Below, piece after piece: positions 14,941-28,126 of a stretch of DNA of 64,000 nt; position 1 is the first letter of the stretch; every line of letters starts with the position of its first letter. The stretch lies in assembly GCF_054482595.1 (NCBI RefSeq), contig NZ_CM137008.1, one strand, 5' to 3'. A program made the position numbers and the translations under genes. The notes beneath the pieces are model-generated. The model was not told where the DNA came from and searched no databases. It saw nothing but the letters and a program-made list of their open reading frames with translations.

Positions 14941-15898
14941 GTTGTAATCGTTGTTGCTGAAGGGTCGGCTGGGTTATCCGATGGATGAGTACATCAATCG
15001 CCAGCTCCCCCAGTTCATCTTTCGGTTGGTGGATAGTGGTTAATGGTGGCGTCATAAAGCTTGCCAGTTCGATATCGTCATAGCCAATCACCGCGATATC
15101 CTGCGGAACCTGTAACTCTGCCTGATATAACGCCTGGTAAACGCCAACAGCCATAGCGTCATTTCCGGTAAAGACGGCCTGAGGACGCAGCGGATGTGAT
15201 AACAGTTGGCGCATGGCGTCAAACCCGCCGTTAAATTCAAAATCACCAGTGACTTCATAGCCATCAGGAATGTTGAGACCCGCACGTTTCATCGCCGCCC
15301 GATAACCTTCCAACCGCAGGCGCGCCGGAGTTTTATCCAGCGGACCGGTAATACAGGCGATACGGGTATGACCTTTATCGATCAGATATTGCGTTGCTAA
15401 GTCTCCGCCCAGCAACGAGTTATCCTGAATAAGATCGCTGTCGCCATCGAACGGAGCCCAGTCCATCATCACAGTAGGCACTGTCGGATAACGTTGCATG
15501 ATTTCACGCGAAGGTTGATGCGTTTCGGTGCACAGTAACAGCAAGCCATCAACGCGTTTTTGCATCAGCGTTTCCAGATTGCGATTCATCCGCTGTTCAT
15601 CTCCTTCGGTATTGCAAAGGACGAGACTATAACCGCGTTCGAAGCAGCTGCGTTCAACGCCACGCACCAGTTCTGAATAGAAAGGATTGGTACTGGCAGT
15701 GATCAACATGCCAATGGTATGTGTTTGATTGAGTTTGAGGCTACGCGCCAGGGCTGATGGCGCGTAATTGAGTTCTTTAATCGCCGCTTCAACTTTGGCG
15801 GTAATCGCTTCACTGACGAAGCGATCTTTATTGATAACGTGAGAAACTGTTGAGGTAGAAACGCCCGCCAGGCGGGCAACATCTTTCATTGTAGCCAA
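14906..15898 (-). CDS. rbsR: Ribose operon repressor, LacI family
   Basis: 330-aa [34 protein letters not shown]... with LacI-type helix-turn-helix and periplasmic-binding-protein-like core; 3' end overlaps hsrA by 35 bp, convergently. Confidence 0.93.
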
Positions 15899-15901
15899 GC
15901 G

Positions 15902-16831
15902 TCACCTCTGCCTGTCTAAAAATGCGTCGATCTCTTCACGCCACGGTACGGAAGGTTGTGCGCCTTTACGTGTTACGGCAATCGCAGCGGCAGCATGGGC
16001 AAACCGAATCGCCTCTGGCAATGGTTTTTCTTCCAGCAACGCCGTGATTAACGCGCCGTTAAAGGTATCTCCGGCAGCAATGGTATCGACAGCCTGCACC
16101 CGGAATCCAGGAACGCGCTGACCTTCACCATTCACGCTAGCCCATACACCACGACTTCCTAAAGTAATCAGTACAGTACGGATACCTTTTTCATGCAGTA
16201 CCTGCGCCGCCTTCGCTGCATCTTCATCATTTTCAACACGAATACCGGTGAGCTTTTCTGCTTCCGTTTCGTTTGGCGTAATAATGTCCACCAGCGCCAG
16301 CAGTTCGTCAGGAAGTTCGCGAGCCGGAGCCGGGTTAAGCGCAACGATAGTCTTATTTTGATGGGCGATTTTCGCCGCTGCCATCACACTTTTGAGTGGT
16401 GACTCCAGCTGCATTAATAATGCTGACGCGTTGGCAATACGCTCACGTTGCGCTTCCACCAGCGCCGGGGAAAGGGCAGCATTAGCGCCGGCATGAATAC
16501 CAATGACATTCTCACCTTCGCCATTAACAAAAATCAGCGCCACACCTGTTGATTCGCCTTTGATCACGCTGACCGGAGTAATATCGATGTTATCAGTGGC
16601 GAGCTGCTGGCGAACGCTCTCGCCAATGCTGTCATCGCCAGTACAGGCAATAAAGGAGATATTCGCACCGCTACGCCCAGCAGCCACAGCCTGATTCGCG
16701 CCTTTGCCGCCAAATGCAACCTGATAGTGGTTACCGGTTACGGTTTCGCCTGGAGTAGGAAAAGATTGAAGATTAAGAATGTGGTCAGCATTAATGCTGC
16801 CAAGAACAACGAGGCTGCCTGCGTTTTGCAT
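15902..16831 (-). CDS. rbsK: Ribokinase
   Basis: ORF contains MQNAGSLVVLGSINADHILNLQSFPTPGETVTG...; start trimmed to the ATG giving the 309-aa RbsK. Confidence 0.93.
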   Translation of the reverse strand: MQNAGSLVVLGSINADHILNLQSFPTPGETVTGNHYQVAFGGKGANQAVAAGRSGANISFIACTGDDSIGESVRQQLATDNIDITPVSVIKGESTGVALIFVNGEGENVIGIHAGANAALSPALVEAQRERIANASALLMQLESPLKSVMAAAKIAHQNKTIVALNPAPARELPDELLALVDIITPNETEAEKLTGIRVENDEDAAKAAQVLHEKGIRTVLITLGSRGVWASVNGEGQRVPGFRVQAVDTIAAGDTFNGALITALLEEKPLPEAIRFAHAAAAIAVTRKGAQPSVPWREEIDAFLDRQR

Positions 16832-16956
16832 ATTCGGGATGTCCATAAAATGCGCCACCGTGTTAGGGTGGCGCGTGCCCTGCTTTTCTTTATATTACAC
16901 GTTCATCTGTCGATGACGTATTTATGTCACCATCAGGTCATACAACCTGATTAAAA

Positions 16957-17847
16957 CTACTGCTTAACAACCAGTTTCAGATCAACCGGATACTTAGCCT
17001 GAACTTTCTCGCCTTTCAGCACTTTATCTGCGGTTTCGACGCCTTTCGCGCCAATCTGATCGGGTAGCTGAGCGATAGTCGCTGCTAGTTTGCCATCATT
17101 CACCGCTTTTTCGCCATCCGGTGTACCGTCAAATCCGACGACCATCACATCCGATTTACCGGCAGTTTGCAGTGCGCGCAGCGCGCCCAGCGCCATTTCA
17201 TCATTCTGCGCGAATACAGCCTGAACATCCGGATGAGCGGTCAACAGGTTCTGCATTACGTTCAAACCTTTGGTGCGATCAAAATCTGCTGGCTGGCTGG
17301 CAAGAACATTAAACTTGTGAGCAGCTACGGCCTGCTGGAAGCCTTCGCCACGTTCACGGGCTGCGGATGTACCAGCAATGCCTTGCAGCTCGATAACTTT
17401 GGCACCTTCACCCGCTTTCTTCGCGATGTAATCACCGGCGATTTTGCCGCCCAGTACGTTATCAGATGCAATGTGGCTCACCACTTCACCTTTCGTTGCC
17501 TGGCGGTCAAGAGTGATAACCGGGATGTTCGCCTGGTTAGCCATCTTCACAGCATTACCCACTGCGTCGGAGTCGGTCGGGTTAATCAGCAGAATTTTTG
17601 TGCCGCGAACGGTTAAGTCCTGCACGTTCGCCAGCTCTTTCGCCGGGTTGTTCTGGGAGTCCAGCACCACCAGGTTATAGCCAAGTTTATCCGCCTCTTT
17701 CTGCGCGCCATCTTTCAGCGATACAAAGAACGGGTTGTTAAGCGTGGAGACCACCAGCGCGATGGTGTCTTTTGCCATCGCATTCGCACTGACGGTGGCG
17801 CTTAGCGCAACAGCGGAAACCAGGGTAGCCAGTTTTTTCATGTTCAT
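16957..17847 (-). CDS. rbsB: Ribose ABC transporter periplasmic binding protein
   Basis: [41 protein letters not shown]...: signal peptide plus sugar-binding fold. Confidence 0.93.
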   Translation of the reverse strand: MNMKKLATLVSAVALSATVSANAMAKDTIALVVSTLNNPFFVSLKDGAQKEADKLGYNLVVLDSQNNPAKELANVQDLTVRGTKILLINPTDSDAVGNAVKMANQANIPVITLDRQATKGEVVSHIASDNVLGGKIAGDYIAKKAGEGAKVIELQGIAGTSAARERGEGFQQAVAAHKFNVLASQPADFDRTKGLNVMQNLLTAHPDVQAVFAQNDEMALGALRALQTAGKSDVMVVGFDGTPDGEKAVNDGKLAATIAQLPDQIGAKGVETADKVLKGEKVQAKYPVDLKLVVKQ

Positions 17848-17871
17848 ATTCAAGATGTCCTGTAGTCGTTA

Positions 17872-18837
17872 TTACTGCTTTTTGTTGTCTACCAGCACCG
17901 CCAGCAAAATCACCACCGCTTTGACGATCATCTGGTAATAGGAGGAAACACCTAACAAATTCAATCCATTATTAAGGAAGCCAAGAATTAATGCGCCGAT
18001 CAACGTCCCAACAATGCGACCTTTTCCGCCCGCCAGACTCGTACCGCCCAGAACCACCGCAGCAATAGCATCCAGCTCATAGCCAGTCCCCGCCGTGGGT
18101 TGTGCGGAGGAGAGACGCGCCACTTCAATGATCCCGGCCAGTGATGCCAGCAGACCACAAAGAGAATAGACGATGATTTTGATTTTATTGACGTTGATAC
18201 CAGAAAGACGCGTTGCCGCTTCGTTGCCGCCCAGCGCGTAGATGTAACGCCCCAGACGCGTGTGATGCAGCATGTACCAGGCCGCGAGGAAGACAATCCC
18301 CATGATCCAGACTGGCGTCGGTACGCCCAGCGGACGACCAATACCAAACCAGCCAAACAGATCGGCGTTCTCAGTAAAGCCGGTATTCACTGGGCTACCG
18401 TTGGTATAAACCATGGTCACGCCGCGCAGTAAAAGCATCATAACCAGCGTAGCGATAAACGCCTGGACGCGACCTTTCGCTACAATCACTCCGGTTACCG
18501 CACCAATTGCGGCACCTAACGCGAGAGCGGCAGCGACAGCCACCAGCGCATTGACTTCAATGCCGACGATAGATGCAGCAACTGCGCCGGTTAGCGCCAA
18601 CAGAGAACCTACCGACAAGTCTATGCCCGACGTCAGGATCACCAGCGTCATCCCAACCGCCATAATGGCGTTCACCGAAGTTTGCTGGAGAATATTGAAT
18701 AAGTTATTGATGGTGAAAAAGTTCGGGCTTAACGTCGAGACAATCGCGATCAGCACCAGCAGAGCGATAAGCGATTTCTGCTCCATCAGCCACGCTTTCG
18801 TGAAATAACGGCGACCAGAGACAGTCTGGGTTGTCAT
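17872..18837 (-). CDS. rbsC: Ribose ABC transporter permease
   Basis: 321-aa hydrophobic ORF MTTQTVSGRRYFTKAWLMEQKSLIALLVLIAIV... sitting between rbsA and rbsB. Confidence 0.93.
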   Translation of the reverse strand: MTTQTVSGRRYFTKAWLMEQKSLIALLVLIAIVSTLSPNFFTINNLFNILQQTSVNAIMAVGMTLVILTSGIDLSVGSLLALTGAVAASIVGIEVNALVAVAAALALGAAIGAVTGVIVAKGRVQAFIATLVMMLLLRGVTMVYTNGSPVNTGFTENADLFGWFGIGRPLGVPTPVWIMGIVFLAAWYMLHHTRLGRYIYALGGNEAATRLSGINVNKIKIIVYSLCGLLASLAGIIEVARLSSAQPTAGTGYELDAIAAVVLGGTSLAGGKGRIVGTLIGALILGFLNNGLNLLGVSSYYQMIVKAVVILLAVLVDNKKQ

Positions 18838-18841
18838 TTTT

Positions 18842-20347
18842 TTACTCCTGATTCACGCGATTAAGCTTGCCCACAGCGGCAGCCATTAACACTTCCTGGG
18901 TGGCCTGCTCACGAGTAAATTCCCCGCTGAGATGCCCTTCATGCATGACGATGATGCGATCGCTCATGCCTAATACTTCTGGCATCTCCGATGACACCAG
19001 AATGATGCTCAAGCCATCGGCTTTGAACTGGTTAATCAGTTGATAGATCTCTTTTTTCGCGCCGACATCTACGCCACGGGTAGGCTCATCGAGGATCAAC
19101 ACCTTGGGGCGTGTCATCAGACCGCGGGCAATCGCCACTTTTTGCTGATTGCCACCGGAAAGCAGACCAATTGCCTGTTCCATCGACGGAGTTTTCACAT
19201 TAAACAGACGAATGAAATCACTCACAGCCTGCTGTTCATCGGCATGCTTCAAACTGCCACCAGCGCGGCTGAAGTAGCGCAGCGCTGTCAGCGACATGTT
19301 CTCTTTTACTGACATGCCCAACACTAAACCGTCACGTTTACGGTCTTCGGAGATATACACAATGCCGTTTGCCAGGCCATCCTGCGGTGAACGGGTAACG
19401 ACTTCATGCCCATCCAGGGTGACGTAACCGCTGGTGCGCGGTAGTGCGCCGTAGAGCACTTTCATCAGTTCGGTACGACCTGCGCCCATCAAACCAGAGA
19501 CGCCAAGAATTTCGCCTTTGCGTAAAGTAAAAGAGACATCGTTAACGCCAGGTCCGCAGAGATTATCGACTTTCAGGCGGATATCTCCCGGCGCTTTGTC
19601 CAGGTGCGGATATTGATCTTCCAGCTTGCGACCCACCATCATCTCAATCAGCGAATCTTCGGTCAGTGATGCCACTTCGCGCTCAGCAATAAATTGTCCG
19701 TCACGAAAAACGGTAACGTCATCACAAATCTCGAAGATTTCTTTCATGCGGTGGGAGATATAGACAATACCGCGGCCTTGCGATTTCAGCTCGCGGATGA
19801 CGCGGAACAGGGATTCGGTTTCGGTATCGGTCAGCGCATCGGTCGGTTCATCCATAATGATGACTTTCGACTCAAAGCTCAGCACTTTGGCGATTTCAAC
19901 CATTTGCTGGTCACCGATGGAAAGATCGCCCACCAGCTTGTCGCTTTTAAAGCGCAGGTTAAGTTTAGCCAGCAATTTATCCGCTTCGGCATACATGGTT
20001 TTCCAGTCAATTTTGCCAAAGCGATTAACAAACTCACGACCGAGGAAAATGTTTTCGGCAATGGTCAACTGCGGGATCAGGTTCAGTTCCTGATGGATAA
20101 TCCCAATCCCGGCTTCCTGGGAAGATTTCGGCCCGGTAAATGTCGTTTCTTTCCCCAGCCATAAAAGCGTGCCGGCATCGCGAGTATAGATACCAGTAAG
20201 CACTTTCATCATGGTGGATTTACCCGCGCCGTTTTCGCCCACCAGCGCCATCACGCGGCCCGGATAGACATTTAACGCAGCGCCCGAGAGGGCTTTTACG
20301 CCCGGGAAGGCTTTATCGATGCCTTTAAGCTGAAGTAATGCTTCCAT
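18842..20347 (-). CDS. rbsA: Ribose ABC transporter ATP-binding protein with duplicated ABC domains
   Basis: 501-aa ORF with Walker [10 protein letters not shown] and a second nucleotide-binding domain. Confidence 0.93.
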
Positions 20348-20354
20348 GACGGCC

Positions 20355-20774
20355 TCAGAACGTCACGCCAGCACAGAGAATGATATTCGCATACGGAGAA
20401 CATTCTCCGCTGCGAATTACCGCCTGACTTTCTGCGGTTTGTTGTTTGAATTGTTCATGCGTGGTGTAACGAATTTCAATGGTATTTCCCTGGTGTTTTT
20501 GCAGCTGCTCAAGGTGAGTGAGCAACGTTTCGTGGAGTTGCGGATTATGTTGTTTGATCTCTTCCGCGATAATGGCCGCCTCGACCTGCATTTCATTTGT
20601 GACGACGCCCAGCACCTGCATAAAAGAAGGTACACCCTGGGTTAATGCCATATCGATACGCGTTGTACTTTTGGGGATGGGTAACCCAGCATCACACACC
20701 ACCAGCGTATCGGTATGTCCCAGACGGGAGATCACCGATGAAATATCAGAATTAAGAACGGTGCCTTTTTTCAT
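20355..20774 (-). CDS. rbsD: D-ribose pyranase
   Basis: ORF contains [34 protein letters not shown]...; start trimmed to the 139-aa form. Confidence 0.9.
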
Positions 20775-20784
20775 TTTTTTCTCC

Positions 20785-20804
20785 ATCAGCGAAACGTTTC
20801 GCTG
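20785..20804. promoter_or_regulatory. Candidate RbsR operator (perfect 20-bp palindrome)
   Basis: tcagcgaaacgtttcgctga is a perfect inverted repeat immediately 5' of rbsD, of the LacI-family operator type. Confidence 0.7.
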
Positions 20805-20940
20805 ACCCGCAGTTTAATCCTGACTGAGTTGGGAAAACCATCGTGACGTTACGGAAATGTGATCAACCTCGAAACGTTTTACATGGTGATTAACCATGAA
20901 AACAAAAACGCCCCCTTATGAAGAAAGGAGGCGTCTGGCG

Positions 20941-22809
20941 TTAGATTTCGACCTGAGTACCCAGTTCGATAACCCTGTTTGGCGGGATTTCAAATTGATC
21001 TGGTGCACGCAGCGCATTACGTTGCAGCAGCAAGTACAGCTTGCCGCGCAGACGCAAATACCACGGGCGTTTGCCGAGGATCAACGACTCATGCGACATA
21101 AAGAAGGAGGTTTCCATCATCCGGCAACTTAATCCTTCCAGACCGCAGCGGTGGAAAACTTCTTCCACGTTTGGCGTTTCTCGCCAACCATAACTTGCCA
21201 CCACGCGCCAGAAAGTGGGCGACAGTTGTTCAATCTGTACCCGACGGACGTTATGGACATATGGCGCGTCTTCGGTGCGCAGAGTTAACAGAATCACCCG
21301 CTCATGCAATACCTTGTTATGTTTGAGGTTATGCATCAGCGCAAAGGGAATGACGTTGATTGCACGCGACATATACACCGCGGTCCCGGGCACGCGAACA
21401 GGCGGTGATTTCTCCAGCGAAGCAATCATCGCTTCCAGAGAGTTACCATGTTCATGCATCCGCCGCAGCAAGCGGAAACGCTCGCTCTTCCAGGTGGTCA
21501 TCACGATAAACATCACAGTACCGAGGCTCAATGGCAACCAGCCGCCGGAGAGCAGTTTATCGAGGTTAGCGGTGAACAATGGAATATCGACACAAAGGAA
21601 AGCAATCAGGATCAGCGCAACAAAATACTTATTCCAGTGCCAGTTCTGACGTGCCACGGTAGTCGAGAGAATAGACGTCAGCACCATGGTTCCGGTCACC
21701 GCAATCCCGTACGCCGCCGCCAGGTTGCTGGAGTGCTCAAAGCTGACAATCACAATCACGACCGCGACATAGAGCATCCAGTTCACAAACGGAATATAGA
21801 TTTGCCCTGACTCCATTTCGGAGGTGTGAATAATGCGCATCGGCGACAAATATCCCAGACGTACCGCCTGACGCGTCAATGAAAAGACGCCAGAGATAAC
21901 CGCCTGCGAGGCGATTACCGTCGCCAGTGCGGCGATGATCAGCAGCGGGATCAGCGCCCAGTCCGGTGCCAAAAGGAAGAACGGGTTCTTAATCGCTTCC
22001 GGGTTCTTTAACAACAGCGCTCCCTGGCCGAAGTAATTAAGAGTTAAGGAAGGTAATACGACAGTGAACCACGCCAGACGAATAGGGAACTTACCAAAGT
22101 GTCCCATATCAGCATACAGCGCCTCGACCCCCGTAATCGACAGCACCACTGCCCCTAATGCAATAAAAGAAACCGTTTTGTATTCAAGGAAGAAATGCAC
22201 CGCCCACATCGGATTCAGCGCATGCAGCACTTCCGGGTTAGCAATAATGCTACGTAACCCCAGTCCTGCCAGAATCAAAAACCAGGTCAGCATGATCGGC
22301 GCAAACAGCTTACCGACCATAGCCGTGCCATGCTTTTGAATCATAAATAATAAAGTGAGAACGATAATTGAGAGGGGAACTATCCAGGTATCCAGCTGCG
22401 GGGCGACGATTTCCAGACCTTCAATGGCTGACATCACCGAAATAGCGGGTGTTATGACGACTTCACCATAGAAAAAACTGCCGCCGATTAGCCCCATAAT
22501 CACCAGCATTGATGTGGTTCGCGCCGACGTATTACGCCCGGCAAGCGACATCAACGTCAGGATCCCCCCCTCACCGGCGTTATCTGCCCGCATCACGAAG
22601 GTGAGATATTTAATGGAAACCACAAAGATTAGCAGCCAGAAGATCAGCGATAAAAAGCCAAACACGGCATCGCGTTCAACGCCAAAACCAAACTGGCCGG
22701 ACAAACATTCACGAAGTGTATATAACGGGCTGGTACCAATATCGCCGTAGACAACTCCAATCGCCGCGAGGGTAATCGCGGGCAATGATTGCTTATTATC
22801 AGTGCTCAT
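20941..22809 (-). CDS. kup: Low-affinity K+ uptake transporter Kup (TrkD)
   Basis: 622-aa [38 protein letters not shown]..., the KUP family N-terminal signature. Confidence 0.93.
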
Positions 22810-23031
22810 AGACTAGTCTTTCGTTGAAATATGAAATGTGTGCTTAGTCCCTTGGCCCACAAAAAAGCGCACAGTATGCACGATTAACGGCAAAATCGTA
22901 CTCCTAAATGCGGCCACATTAACCTGGCTCAAAGAAAAATCCCCCCCCTTTGAGACTATTTTAGCCACCAGCAAGAAACGTCTATACTCGCAATTTACGC
23001 AGAACTTTTGACGAAAGGACGCCACTTCATT

Positions 23032-24528
23032 ATGGCTCACCCTCATTTATTAGCGGAAAGAATTTCCCGCCTGAGCAGTTCGTTGGAAAAGGGGCTTTAT
23101 GAACGTAGCCACGCCATCCGCTTGTGTTTATTAGCGGCATTAAGTGGTGAAAGTGTGTTCCTCCTTGGCCCGCCAGGTATTGCCAAAAGTTTGATCGCCC
23201 GGCGCTTAAAATTCGCCTTTCAGAATGCCCGCGCGTTTGAATATCTGATGACTCGCTTCTCCACGCCGGAAGAAGTTTTTGGTCCCCTTTCTATTCAGGC
23301 GCTAAAAGATGAAGGGCGCTATGAACGTTTAACCAGCGGTTACCTGCCGGAAGCAGAAATTGTCTTTCTGGATGAGATCTGGAAAGCGGGCCCGGCAATT
23401 CTTAATACCTTGCTCACCGCCATTAACGAGCGCCAGTTCCGCAACGGTGCACACGTAGAAAAAATCCCGATGCGTCTACTGGTGGCGGCCTCCAACGAGC
23501 TGCCGGAAGCAGACAGCAGTCTGGAAGCGTTATATGACCGCATGCTGATTCGTCTGTGGTTAGATAAAGTGCAGGATAAAGCGAATTTCCGCTCCATGCT
23601 GACCAGTCAACAGGATGAAAACGACAATCCGGTTCCTGATGCCTTGCAGGTCACAGATGAAGAATATGAACGCTGGCAGAAAGAGATTGGTGAAATTACG
23701 CTGCCCGATCATGTATTTGAGCTGATTTTTATGCTGCGCCAGCAACTGGATAAATTACCGGATGCGCCTTATGTCTCGGATCGTCGCTGGAAAAAAGCGA
23801 TCCGCTTATTGCAGGCCTGCGCCTTTTTTAGCGGTCGCAGTGCTGTTGCCCCGGTAGATCTCATTTTGCTGAAAGATTGCCTGTGGTATGACGCGCAAAG
23901 CCTGAATTTGATACAACAACAAATTGATGTATTGATGACCGGTCACGCCTGGCAACAGCAAGGGATGTTGACTCGCCTTGGCGCGATTGTGCAACGTCAC
24001 CTGCAACTCCAGCAGCAACAAAGTGATAAAACAGCCTTAACGGTAATTCGTCTGGGCGGCATTTTCAGCCGTCGTCAGCAGTATCAACTCCCTGTTAACG
24101 TTACTGCTTCCACTCTGACTCTGCTGCTGCAAAAACCGTTAAAACTGCATGATATGGAAGTGGTTCATATCTCCTTTGAGCGTAGCGCGCTGGAACAGTG
24201 GCTGAGTAAAGGTGGTGAAATTCGCGGCAAACTGAACGGTATCGGCTTTGCCCAGAAACTGAATCTGGAAGTTGATAGCACCCAACATCTTGTTGTACGC
24301 GATGTAAGTTTACAAGGCAGTACGCTGGCTCTTCCCGGTTCATCGGCTGAAGGTCTGCCAGGTGAAATAAAACAACAACTGGAAGAGCTTGAAAGCGACT
24401 GGCGTAAGCAACACGCTTTATTCAGCGAACAGCAAAAATGTCTGTTTATCCCTGGCGACTGGTTAGGTCGCATTGAAGCCAGCCTACAGGATGTCGGCGC
24501 ACAGATTCGCCAGGCACAACAATGCTAA
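23032..24528 (+). CDS. ravA: MoxR-family AAA+ ATPase RavA
   Basis: ORF contains [31 protein letters not shown]... and Walker A GPPGIAKS; start set at the ATG giving 498 aa. Confidence 0.92.
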   Translation: MAHPHLLAERISRLSSSLEKGLYERSHAIRLCLLAALSGESVFLLGPPGIAKSLIARRLKFAFQNARAFEYLMTRFSTPEEVFGPLSIQALKDEGRYERLTSGYLPEAEIVFLDEIWKAGPAILNTLLTAINERQFRNGAHVEKIPMRLLVAASNELPEADSSLEALYDRMLIRLWLDKVQDKANFRSMLTSQQDENDNPVPDALQVTDEEYERWQKEIGEITLPDHVFELIFMLRQQLDKLPDAPYVSDRRWKKAIRLLQACAFFSGRSAVAPVDLILLKDCLWYDAQSLNLIQQQIDVLMTGHAWQQQGMLTRLGAIVQRHLQLQQQQSDKTALTVIRLGGIFSRRQQYQLPVNVTASTLTLLLQKPLKLHDMEVVHISFERSALEQWLSKGGEIRGKLNGIGFAQKLNLEVDSTQHLVVRDVSLQGSTLALPGSSAEGLPGEIKQQLEELESDWRKQHALFSEQQKCLFIPGDWLGRIEASLQDVGAQIRQAQQC

Positions 24529-25973
24529 CGCTGGATACGCTTAATGTGATGCTGGCCGTCAGCGAAGAGGGATTGATCGAAGAGATGATCATCGCGCTGC
24601 TGGCCTCACCGCAGCTAGCGGTCTTCTTTGAAAAATTCCCACGACTGAAGGCGGCAATCACTGATGATGTTCCCCGCTGGCGTGAGGCGCTGCGTAATCG
24701 GCTGAAAGATGCCCGAGTCCCGCCGGAACTCACCGAAGAGGTGATGTGCTATCAGCAAAGCCAGCTCCTCTCCACGCCGCAGTTTATTGTGCAGCTACCA
24801 CAGATCCTGGACTTACTGCATCGTCTGAATTCCCCATGGGCAGAACAAGCCCGACAGTTGGTTGATGCTAACAGCACGATCACTTCAGCGTTACACACGC
24901 TTTTCCTCCAGCGTTGGCGTTTAAGTCTGATCGTGCAAGCAACGACGTTAAATCAACAGTTATTAGAAGAAGAACGCGAACAACTGTTGAGTGAAGTTCA
25001 GGAACGCATGACGCTGAGCGGACAACTTGAACCGATTCTCGCAGATAACAATACCGCAGCTGGTCGTCTGTGGGATATGAGCGCCGGTCAGCTTAAACGT
25101 GGCGACTATCAGTTGATTGTGAAATACGGTGAATTTCTTAACGAACAGCCGGAACTGAAACGCCTGGCAGAACAGCTGGGGCGTTCCCGGGAAGCCAAAT
25201 CAATACCGCGCAACGATGCGCAGATGGAAACCTTCCGCACCATGGTGCGCGAACCGGCAACTGTTCCTGAGCAGGTTGATGGTCTGCAACAAAGCGATGA
25301 TATTTTACGTCTTCTGCCGCCAGAACTGGCGACACTAGGGATAACGGAACTGGAGTATGAGTTTTACCGTCGGCTGGTGGAAAAACAGTTGCTCACCTAT
25401 CGCCTGCACGGTGAGTCGTGGCGTGAAAAAGTGATCGAACGCCCGGTGGTGCATAAAGATTACGACGAACAGCCGCGCGGACCGTTTATTGTCTGCGTGG
25501 ATACTTCCGGCTCAATGGGCGGCTTTAATGAACAGTGTGCGAAAGCGTTCTGCCTGGCTTTGATGCGCATTGCTCTCGCTGAAAACCGGCGCTGTTATAT
25601 TATGCTATTTTCCACCGAGATCGTCCGTTATGAGCTTTCAGGCCCACAAGGCATCGAACAAGCAATCCGTTTTTTAAGCCAGCAGTTTCGTGGCGGCACC
25701 GATCTTGCCAGTTGTTTTCGCGCCATTATGGAACGCTTGCAAAGCAAGGAATGGTTTGATGCCGATGCGGTGGTGATTTCTGATTTTATCGCCCAGCGGT
25801 TGCCTGACGACGTGACGAGTAAAGTGAAAGAGCTGCAGCGGGTACATCAGCATCGCTTTCATGCCGTGGCGATGTCGGCACACGGCAAACCCGGCATCAT
25901 GCGCATTTTCGATCATATCTGGCGCTTTGATACCGGGATGCGAAGCCGCCTGCTCAGACGCTGGCGGCGATAA
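24522..25973 (+). CDS. viaA: von Willebrand factor A (VWA) domain protein ViaA
   Basis: 483-aa [39 protein letters not shown]...; its start overlaps the ravA stop (ATGCTAA), suggesting translational coupling. Confidence 0.92.
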   Translation: MLTLDTLNVMLAVSEEGLIEEMIIALLASPQLAVFFEKFPRLKAAITDDVPRWREALRNRLKDARVPPELTEEVMCYQQSQLLSTPQFIVQLPQILDLLHRLNSPWAEQARQLVDANSTITSALHTLFLQRWRLSLIVQATTLNQQLLEEEREQLLSEVQERMTLSGQLEPILADNNTAAGRLWDMSAGQLKRGDYQLIVKYGEFLNEQPELKRLAEQLGRSREAKSIPRNDAQMETFRTMVREPATVPEQVDGLQQSDDILRLLPPELATLGITELEYEFYRRLVEKQLLTYRLHGESWREKVIERPVVHKDYDEQPRGPFIVCVDTSGSMGGFNEQCAKAFCLALMRIALAENRRCYIMLFSTEIVRYELSGPQGIEQAIRFLSQQFRGGTDLASCFRAIMERLQSKEWFDADAVVISDFIAQRLPDDVTSKVKELQRVHQHRFHAVAMSAHGKPGIMRIFDHIWRFDTGMRSRLLRRWRR

Positions 25974-25977
25974 ATTA

Positions 25978-26970
25978 TTACAGCAGAGAAGGGACGCTCT
26001 CGCGAACAGCAGCTGGCCATACTCCACACTGAACCTGGCCGATATGCGGCAGTTGCAGCAGCAGCATGGTCAAACGAGACTGGCCGATACCGCCGCCGAT
26101 GGTCTGCGGCATTTCACCGCGCAGCAACGCCTGATGCCATTCCAGCTGCAGACGATCTTCATCACCGGTCAGCGCCAACTGATGCTTCAACGTGTCGGCA
26201 TCCACGCGGATCCCCATGGAAGAAAGCTCAAACGCATCTTCCAGTACCGGGTTCCACACCAGAATATCGCCGTTCAGGCCCGCATGGCCCAGCTCTGACG
26301 GGGTGCTCCAGTCATCATAATCCGGTGCGCGCACGTCGTGACGATGACCATCGCTCAGCTTGCCGCCAATCCCGACAAGGAATACCGCACCAAGATCTTT
26401 CGCTATCGCCCGCTCACGCCCTTTGGCATCAAGATCCGGATAACGAGACAGTAACTCCTGGCTGTGTACGAAGTGGATCTGATCCGGCAGGAACGGTGCC
26501 AGGCCAAACTCTTCGCTAACCGCAGCTTCGGTTGCTTTAATTCCCGCCCAGATCGCCTCTACCGTGCTTTTCAGAGTCGAGAATTGACGCTCACCGTCGC
26601 CCATTACGCGTTCCCAGTCCCACTGGTCAACATAGACCGAGTGCAACGGAGAAAGACGGTCTTCATCGGGGCGAAGGGCTTTCATGTGCGTGTACAGCCC
26701 TTCGCCCGCGCTGAAGTCGTGTTGCCCTAAGGTCTGACGTTTCCACTTCGCCAGTGAATGAACCACTTCGAACTGGGCATCAGGCAGAGCTTTCACTTTT
26801 ACCTGCACCGCTTTTTCACAGCCCGACAAGTTATCCTGCGTGCCATCCCCCACACGGCTAAGAATCGGCGCCTGGACTTCGATCAGCCCCAGACGTTCTT
26901 CCAGTTGGCGAGAAAAGTGAGATTTCACGAAGCTAATTTGGCGTTGTTTGGCAATGTAAGCGGTTTTCAT
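25978..26970 (-). CDS. asnA: Aspartate-ammonia ligase (asparagine synthetase A)
   Basis: 330-aa [53 protein letters not shown]... Confidence 0.95.
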
Positions 26971-27121
26971 TTTTTATACTCCTGCGTCCTGTTGCTTATG
27001 ATTAAGCAACAAAAACCGATACACATGCAATAATCATTCAATAAAAAGCCTAACTCACTTTTGATTCATTAAAAAAGAAGGCTAAAATAGAATGAATCAT
27101 CAATCCGCATAAGAAAATCCT

Positions 27122-27580
27122 ATGGAAAATTATCTGATCGACAATCTGGACCGTGGCATCCTGGAAGCATTAATGGGCAATGCGCGCACCGCTTACGCCG
27201 AACTGGCGAAACAATTTGGCGTCAGTCCGGGGACGATTCACGTTCGAGTAGAGAAAATGAAGCAGGCGGGAATCATTACCGGGGCGCGTATTGATGTCAG
27301 CCCGAAGCAGCTCGGTTATGACGTAGGCTGCTTTATCGGCATTATATTAAAGAGCGCCAAAGACTATCCTTCCGCGCTGGCAAAGCTGGAAAGCCTCGAT
27401 GAAGTGACCGAGGCGTACTACACCACCGGCCACTACAGCATCTTTATAAAAGTGATGTGCCGTTCGATCGATGCTCTCCAGCATGTACTTATCAACAAGA
27501 TCCAAACAATTGATGAAATTCAGTCCACCGAGACACTGATCGTCCTGCAGAACCCGATCATGCGTACCATCAAGCCCTGA
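27122..27580 (+). CDS. asnC: AsnC/Lrp-family transcriptional regulator
   Basis: 152-aa ORF MENYLIDNLDRGILEALMGNARTAYAELAKQFGVSPGTIHVRVEKM..., divergent from asnA. Confidence 0.93.
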   Translation: MENYLIDNLDRGILEALMGNARTAYAELAKQFGVSPGTIHVRVEKMKQAGIITGARIDVSPKQLGYDVGCFIGIILKSAKDYPSALAKLESLDEVTEAYYTTGHYSIFIKVMCRSIDALQHVLINKIQTIDEIQSTETLIVLQNPIMRTIKP

Positions 27581-27601
27581 TCGGCTTTTTTAATCCCATA
27601 C

Positions 27602-27610
27602 TTTTCCACA
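27602..27610 (+). promoter_or_regulatory. DnaA box (TTTTCCACA) in the mioC promoter region
   Basis: ttttccaca lies about 60 bp upstream of the mioC start, followed by a TACAAT -10-like hexamer at 27636..27641. Confidence 0.6.
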
Positions 27611-27669
27611 GGTAGATCCCAACGCGTTCACAGCGTACAATACGCCACTCTTAATAAAGGTGGCGGTTT

Positions 27670-28113
27670 ATGGCAGATATCACTCTTATCAGCGGCAGCA
27701 CCCTCGGCGGTGCCGAATATGTAGCAGAACACCTGGCTGAAAAGCTGGAAGAGGCGGGTTTTACCACCGAAACGCTGCACGGTCCGCTGTTGGAAGATTT
27801 ATCTGCCTCGGGGATCTGGCTGGTTATCAGCTCCACCCACGGTGCCGGAGATATTCCGGACAACCTTTCTCCTTTCTATGAAGCATTGCAGGAACAGAAG
27901 CCCGATCTTTCTGCGGTCCGCTTTGGCGCAATCGGTATTGGTAGTCGTGAATATGACACCTTTTGTGGGGCTATCGATAAACTCGAGGCTGAACTCAAAA
28001 ATTCCGGTGCAAAACAGACGGGCGAAACACTGAAGATCAACATTCTTGATCACGACATTCCGGAAGATCCGGCAGAAGAATGGCTGGGATCATGGATTAA
28101 TTTACTCAAATAA
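27670..28113 (+). CDS. mioC: Flavodoxin-like FMN-binding protein MioC
   Basis: 147-aa ORF MADITLISGSTLGGAEYVAEHLAEKLEEAGF..., a flavodoxin fold; transcription reads toward oriC. Confidence 0.93.
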   Translation: MADITLISGSTLGGAEYVAEHLAEKLEEAGFTTETLHGPLLEDLSASGIWLVISSTHGAGDIPDNLSPFYEALQEQKPDLSAVRFGAIGIGSREYDTFCGAIDKLEAELKNSGAKQTGETLKINILDHDIPEDPAEEWLGSWINLLK

Positions 28114-28126
28114 GTATACAGATCGT